A stretch of 64,000 bases of DNA. Source: Acidobacteriota bacterium (GTDB taxonomy: Bacteria > Acidobacteriota > UBA890 > WLXD01). Both the position numbers and the translations under genes were made by a program. The stretch covers positions 1,632,001 to 1,696,000 of the forward strand of contig CAXWPH010000015.1 of NCBI GenBank assembly GCA_963666055.2, read 5' to 3'. This document shows, piece after piece, positions 58,999 through 64,000 of this stretch (its first letter is position 1; each line of letters starts with the position of its first letter). A model generated the notes under the pieces. It had not been told where the DNA came from. It was given only the letters and a program-made list of their open reading frames with translations, and made no database searches.

Positions 58999-60257
58999 TG
59001 CCGTCGACCGGCGATCAACCTGCACGAGCCGGATGGCGCCGCCACGGTGCCGCCCTGCGCCTCGTCGCTGTCGTTGCCACGCTCGTCGTCGGTGTGGGTT
59101 GGTGGCTTTCGGCGACATTCGCCTCCGGTCCCGAGGTGTCTTGGGCGGCCGCGAAGATCGACGACCTGGTGATCGGTGTCGATGTCGAAGGCACCCTGGC
59201 ATCGCGTGACTCGAGTCAGCTCGGGGCCCTGCTGGTGCAGGACTTCTACGACTTCACGATCCGTTTCATGGCCGCGGAAGGTTCGCAGGTAAAACAGAGC
59301 GAAGCGGTGCTGAAGTTCGATACGTCGGAGCTGGACAGCCGGCTGTTGCAGCTACAGACAGAAGCGGCGGAGGCTGACAAGAACATCGAGAAGCGCGACG
59401 GCGACACCCAGCAGGAGCTCATGACCCTGGAGCTACAGCTCGCTGAGGCGGAAGCCAATCTCAGCAAGGCGCGCCTGCAGAACGATGTGCCCGACGACCT
59501 GCGCTCCGCCAACCAGGCGGAGATCGATCGGCTGGATCTGGGAGTTGCCGAGGTGGAGGTGCGTAGCCTCGAGGGACGACTGACCGCCGCCACGACAGCT
59601 GCCGCAGCGCAGCGCGCGGCGCTGGTGGCGCAACGCGACCGCGCCGTGCGGCTGGTGGCCGCGACCGCGACCGCGATCAAGAGCCTGACGGTGAGCTCGC
59701 CCAGGGCGGGCACGGTCATCCATACGACCAACTGGCGCGGCGAGAAAAAGAAGGTGGGCGATTCAGCATGGCGCCATGATTCCATCATCGAGATTCCCAA
59801 CCTCGCCCTGATGATGGGGCGGGGAGAGGTCGATGAGGCAGATGCCGGCCGTGTTCACGAGGGACAGGCGGTGACGCTACGGCTCGATGCTCATCCGGAC
59901 ATCCGGTATGACGCGCGAATCGAAACGATGGCGATGACGGTGCAGCGTAAGCGCTCGTCGCGCAATCCGCTGAAGGTGATGCGGCTCGACCTGGCGCTCG
60001 CCGACACCGATACCAAGCGCATGCGGCCGGGTATGCGATTCCGGGGCACCGTGGAGACCGAGCGCATGACCGATGTGCTGGTGATCCCGGCGCACGCGGT
60101 GTTTCCGTCTGACAGTGGGCCGGTCGTCTATCGGCAGACTTTGTTCGGGTACGAGCACGTGCAGGTCGAGCTCGGCGCTCGCAACGCGCTCGCCGTGCAG
60201 GTGCTCAGCGGCCTCTCGGCCGGCGATCGTGTCGCCGAGGTACGACCGGGCGCATGA
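58998..60257 (+). CDS. Periplasmic adaptor (MFP) 2
   Basis: TM anchor; VSSPRAG, VDEADAG, MRPGMRFRG, GLSAGDRV; TGATG coupling. Confidence 0.88.
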   Translation: MPSTGDQPARAGWRRHGAALRLVAVVATLVVGVGWWLSATFASGPEVSWAAAKIDDLVIGVDVEGTLASRDSSQLGALLVQDFYDFTIRFMAAEGSQVKQSEAVLKFDTSELDSRLLQLQTEAAEADKNIEKRDGDTQQELMTLELQLAEAEANLSKARLQNDVPDDLRSANQAEIDRLDLGVAEVEVRSLEGRLTAATTAAAAQRAALVAQRDRAVRLVAATATAIKSLTVSSPRAGTVIHTTNWRGEKKKVGDSAWRHDSIIEIPNLALMMGRGEVDEADAGRVHEGQAVTLRLDAHPDIRYDARIETMAMTVQRKRSSRNPLKVMRLDLALADTDTKRMRPGMRFRGTVETERMTDVLVIPAHAVFPSDSGPVVYRQTLFGYEHVQVELGARNALAVQVLSGLSAGDRVAEVRPGA

Positions 60258-61543
60258 TGCCGCGCACCCGATGGATCGTGCTCGCCACGACCCTGCTGGT
60301 AGCCGTCGGCGGGGCGGTCGGACTGGCTCGCTCGTGGAGGGGCGTCGATACGCTAGCCACGTACCGGGTAGAGCGCCACCGCTTCCTGCACCGCATCGAT
60401 GCAGAGGGGATGCTAATCGCCGAGACCGCGACCGTGCTGACGGTGCCTACCACCGCGGCCAAGGAGCCCATGAAGATCGCCTGGCTGGCCCGCGACGGTT
60501 CGCATGTCGAAGCCGATCAGGTGGTGATCCGGTTCGATCCCACCGACATGGAGAACGAGCTGTTTAGCGGTCAAGCCGATCGCGACAAGGCGGCCAGCCG
60601 AACCCAGCAGACCAGCATCCAACAGAGCACCCAGCTGGATAACCTCGGCCGCGATGCGGCGCTGGCCACGCTGCAGCTCCAGCACGCCCGAGACTTCCAG
60701 AGTACCGACGCAGAGATCTATTCGAGCAAGGAGATCCTCGAGTCACAGATCGACGAGGAACTGGCCAGCACGCGCAAGCGACATGCCGAGGACGCGCGGG
60801 AGATCCGCGCCGAGATCGGTCAGGTAGAGCTCGACCTGCTCGATCTCGAGCGTCGCCGGGCGGAGCTCACCATCGAGAAGGCAGAGGCCGGATTGAGTGC
60901 GTTGGAGGTCAAGGCCCCACACGAGGGCATCTTCGTTCTGCGCCTCAATTGGATGGGGGAACCGCCGACTGTCGGCCAGGTTGCCTTCGGCAGCCAGCCG
61001 ATTGCCGAGATTCCGCAGCTCGGGGTGATGAAGGCCCAGATCTTCGTACTCGAGGCCGACGCTGGTGGCGTCGAGGTGGGTACCCGGGCCGAGGTCGTGC
61101 TGGAGTCCCATCCCGGCGAGATGGTCGAAGCCACCGTGCGGGTAGTCGCGGCGGTTGCCAAGCGACGCAACCGCTGGTCACCGGTGCAGTACTTCGACGT
61201 CGAGCTCGAGCTGTCGAACACCGACCCCACGATGATGAAGCCTGGCCAGAGGGTGCGGGCCACGCTGTTACTGCAGGACCTCGACGACGTGCTCGCGGTT
61301 CCGCGCGAGGCGGTGTTCCAGGATGACGATGGCAGCCCGTTCGTCTACCGGCGTGGCGTGAACGGGTACGAGGTGACCGCCGTAGAGCTGGGATCCGCGG
61401 CGCTGGGGCGCGTCGTGGTCAGCTCTGGAATCGCCGCCGGCGACGTCCTGGCGCTGGAGAATCCGACCCGCGTTGCCGTGGTATGGAAGAGCGAGGAGCA
61501 GTCGGATGGTCCAGGGCTCGTCGACACCGGGACGCGGCCTTGA
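60254..61543 (+). CDS. Periplasmic adaptor (MFP) 3
   Basis: TM anchor; VKAPHEG, VLEADAG, MKPGQRVRA. Confidence 0.88.
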   Translation: MMPRTRWIVLATTLLVAVGGAVGLARSWRGVDTLATYRVERHRFLHRIDAEGMLIAETATVLTVPTTAAKEPMKIAWLARDGSHVEADQVVIRFDPTDMENELFSGQADRDKAASRTQQTSIQQSTQLDNLGRDAALATLQLQHARDFQSTDAEIYSSKEILESQIDEELASTRKRHAEDAREIRAEIGQVELDLLDLERRRAELTIEKAEAGLSALEVKAPHEGIFVLRLNWMGEPPTVGQVAFGSQPIAEIPQLGVMKAQIFVLEADAGGVEVGTRAEVVLESHPGEMVEATVRVVAAVAKRRNRWSPVQYFDVELELSNTDPTMMKPGQRVRATLLLQDLDDVLAVPREAVFQDDDGSPFVYRRGVNGYEVTAVELGSAALGRVVVSSGIAAGDVLALENPTRVAVVWKSEEQSDGPGLVDTGTRP

Positions 61544-62772
61544 GCGTCGCCGAGGCGCTGCTGAGCGCGGTCACCAATCTGGCGACGCACAAGCTACGAT
61601 CGGCGCTGACCATGCTCGGCATGATCTTCGGGGTCGGCGCCGTGATCGCAATGCTGTCGATCGGCGCCGGAGCCGAGCGCCAGGCGATGGAGATCATTGA
61701 TCGCATGGGGCTGCGCAACGTGCTCGTACGCGATGTCGATCGTAGCGAGGACGAGCTCAACGAGATCCGGCGGAAGTCGTTGGGGGTCTCGCTGCGCGAC
61801 GCGAGCGTGATTCGCGACGGGATTCCCGGAGTAGATCTTGCGGTGCCCCGAGTCGAGATCGACGCGTACCGGATCATGGCGGTGGAGTCGCGCGCCGAGG
61901 GGAGTGTGATCGGGGTGTCGTACCGACAGGCCGAGCTGTCGGGGCTGCGTATCAGCGAGGGGCGGTTCCTCGATCGCCTCGATGAAGAGCTCCATGCGCA
62001 GGTGTGTGTTGTCGGTGCGGGAGTCCGACGGGATCTGTTTGGTGTTGGCACGGCGCTCGGCGGCCAAGTCAAGATCAACAACGTCTGGTTTGAGGTGGTG
62101 GGTGTGCTCGAGGAGGTCGGCGGTGCCGGATCATTCGAGGGAGTGGACATCGGTACCACTGCTTCAGAGATCTATGTCCCGGTCAGCACCGCTATTCGGA
62201 AGTTCGACCGCGAGCCGCTGCGCGCGCCGGTCGACGAGATCGTCGTACGACTCGACGACCAGGCATCGCCGCAGGCAAGTGCCGTCGCCATCCGGCGGCT
62301 GCTCGAGCGGATCCACGGGGGCGAGGACGATTTCGAGCTGGTGATTCCGGAGGCGCTGCTGGATCAGAGCCAGCGGACGCAGCGGCTCTTCAACATCGTC
62401 ATGGGTTGTATCGCCGGCATCTCATTGCTCGTCGGCGGTATCGGCATCACCAACATCATGTTGGCCACGGTGCTGGAGCGCACGCGTGAGATCGGCATTC
62501 GGCGGGCGGTCGGCGCCCGCCGGCAAGAGATTCGCGCCCAGTTCATGATCGAGGCGTTCGCGATCAGCGTCATCGGCGGCGCCGCCGGCGTCGCGATGGG
62601 CATCATCATTGCCAAGGTGGTGGCGGCGTCAGCCGGCTGGGAGACTGTCGTGACGGCGTCGTCGATCGTGTTGTCGACGAGCGTGTCGATGGCGGCAGGA
62701 CTGGTCTCCGGCATCTACCCGGCCACTCGCGCTGCGCAGCTCGATCCCATCGAGGCGCTGCGCTACGAGTAA
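61540..62772 (+). CDS. MacB-type ABC permease (no ATPase domain)
   Basis: KLRSALTMLGMIFGVGAV, SLLVGGIGITNIMLATVLERTREIGIR, LDPIEALRYE. Confidence 0.93.
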   Translation: MSVAEALLSAVTNLATHKLRSALTMLGMIFGVGAVIAMLSIGAGAERQAMEIIDRMGLRNVLVRDVDRSEDELNEIRRKSLGVSLRDASVIRDGIPGVDLAVPRVEIDAYRIMAVESRAEGSVIGVSYRQAELSGLRISEGRFLDRLDEELHAQVCVVGAGVRRDLFGVGTALGGQVKINNVWFEVVGVLEEVGGAGSFEGVDIGTTASEIYVPVSTAIRKFDREPLRAPVDEIVVRLDDQASPQASAVAIRRLLERIHGGEDDFELVIPEALLDQSQRTQRLFNIVMGCIAGISLLVGGIGITNIMLATVLERTREIGIRRAVGARRQEIRAQFMIEAFAISVIGGAAGVAMGIIIAKVVAASAGWETVVTASSIVLSTSVSMAAGLVSGIYPATRAAQLDPIEALRYE

Positions 62773-62787
62773 CGCCCACCGCCCGGA

Positions 62788-62813
62788 CTAGTGGATCTGT
62801 TACCGGCCACTAG
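62788..62813. mobile_element. Collapsed TIR type A element abutting the type B copy
   Basis: CTAGTGGATCTGTTACCGGCCACTAG retains both ends of the 12584 element and shares its right CTAG with the next element. Confidence 0.75.
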
Positions 62814-63088
62814 CAGACCGTGGTGAAAGTGTGGTGGATCTGGCGACAGGGTCTTGCGAAGTGGAGGCAAGGAGAGAGGAGGAGGCGATGGATACCCCAT
62901 CGTTGACGAGGAACGACGCAGGATACGCGCGCAACCCCCTGTCGCCCGAAGAGTTACGTCGATTTGGGGCCATCTGCGGTGTTGGCCTTTCTCGACGATG
63001 GCCGGGGCATCGCCAGTGTCAGGCCGCCTTGCATCTGGCCCCAACTCGCCGTAACCAGACCCACCACACTTTCACCACGGCCTGCTAG
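62810..63088. mobile_element. MITE-like element, TIR type B, full copy 2 (279 bp)
   Basis: Colinear with and the same length as 26950-27228; CTAG at both ends. Confidence 0.92.
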
Positions 63089-64000
63089 CGCACCTTCTCG
63101 GAGTAGTTCCCATGTTGGCGTAGGCGCGTCACGGCGCCGCTCGTATCGACCTCGAACACCCACTCCTCGCCGGGCTCGCCGTTGTCACGCACACGGTGGA
63201 ACGTGTTTCCTTCGATGTGCGTGAGCTTGGTTAGCCCACCGAGCGGGTCATCGGTTGGCAAGCCCATGCTGGCGAGGCCGTCCTCCCAGAGCACGATTGC
63301 CGACTCCCCCCAGGTGGAGCGGTACAGGCCGAGGTAACGCTCGAGCTCGCTGTTGTCCGGATCGACGTCAGCCGAGTCAGTGGTGGCCTCGTCGTGCGCC
63401 GCGTCGGCTTCTGCGGCTGCCGACAGTGCCGGCCCGACGATCTCGTAGGCGCGGCGCGCATAAAGACCCGGGCTCACGCCCAGCGCGTTGGCCATGACAG
63501 TGACCGCTACGCGGTCCCGCGGCTGCAGCGTGAGGCTACTGCGAAAACCTGGACACGAGCCTCCGTGGCCGACGAACGTCGTGTCGTCACTGCGTGACAC
63601 CGAGAAGCCGAGTCCCCAGTGAGCGCTCCAGTTCTCGTCGACCCAGTGCACTCGGTGCATCTCGCGCAGGGTGTTAGCAGCCAGTACCTCGGTCTCTCCG
63701 CTGGCCAGGAGCCGGAACTGCCATGAGGCGAACTTGGCGAGGTCCTCCACCGTCGAGGCGAAGCCGGCTGCAGGCGAGATGCCGCGCGCCTGGAAGACTG
63801 GGATCTGCTCGCGGGGCCCCTCTCGGCGCGGTGGACCGTATCCTGTCGCCAGGCGCCCGCTGGCCTCGTCGGCAGGGATCTCCGTAGTCGTCGAGCTCAT
63901 ATCCAGCGGCCTCAGGATGTGCTCCTGGATGTAATCGGCATAGTGCTGTCCCGATACCGCCGCTACCGTCTCGCCTGCCAGGGTCAGGCCGAGGTTGGAG
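63085..64000 (-). CDS. Serine hydrolase / beta-lactamase family (3' part)
   Basis: SNLGL at the window edge, PAAGFASTVEDLAKF, GHGGSCPGF, C-terminal accessory domain. Confidence 0.88.
   Translation of the reverse strand, partial: SNLGLTLAGETVAAVSGQHYADYIQEHILRPLDMSSTTTEIPADEASGRLATGYGPPRREGPREQIPVFQARGISPAAGFASTVEDLAKFASWQFRLLASGETEVLAANTLREMHRVHWVDENWSAHWGLGFSVSRSDDTTFVGHGGSCPGFRSSLTLQPRDRVAVTVMANALGVSPGLYARRAYEIVGPALSAAAEADAAHDEATTDSADVDPDNSELERYLGLYRSTWGESAIVLWEDGLASMGLPTDDPLGGLTKLTHIEGNTFHRVRDNGEPGEEWVFEVDTSGAVTRLRQHGNYSEKVR

Noticed and set aside
12584-63088. CRISPR array from recurring ~24-36 bp repeats
   Set aside because: The repeats are dispersed inverted termini, not regularly spaced direct repeats, and no cas genes are present.

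Overview
GC-rich bacterial window, most likely Acidobacteriota (inferred from an ADOP-like permease remnant, many PQQ/BamB-like beta-propellers, LVIVD and DUF5916-type proteins). No rRNA, tRNA, CRISPR array or transposase was seen. Ordinary content: a TetR-RND efflux operon, a copper locus (multicopper oxidase, CopC), secreted hydrolases, fabH, fbp, glutaminyl cyclase, Ada/Ogt plus ATL, a PhzF pair, orphan pseudopilins, kynA/kynU with a divergent catabolic operon, and an export operon with three adaptor genes. Four things stand out. (1) A ~16 kb, 12-gene minus-strand cluster (30273-46349) that I cannot assign to a named pathway: Fe-ADH, two beta-propellers, a HemN-like radical SAM enzyme lacking HemN/HemW signatures, TonB receptor, flavin halogenase-type enzyme, SSS transporter, CxxC-bearing GT4, thioesterase and a giant ABC permease, followed by an ATL gene. 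(2) A family of ~279 bp CTAG-bounded non-autonomous elements with two TIR types, a shared bipartite structured core and compensatory changes; full copies and remnants repeatedly overlap TAG stop codons. (3) A creatininase-family gene where a kynurenine formamidase would be expected. (4) Several frameshifts or stops plus a 21-nt poly-G, which may be assembly errors. All product calls come from motif recognition, not database searches.
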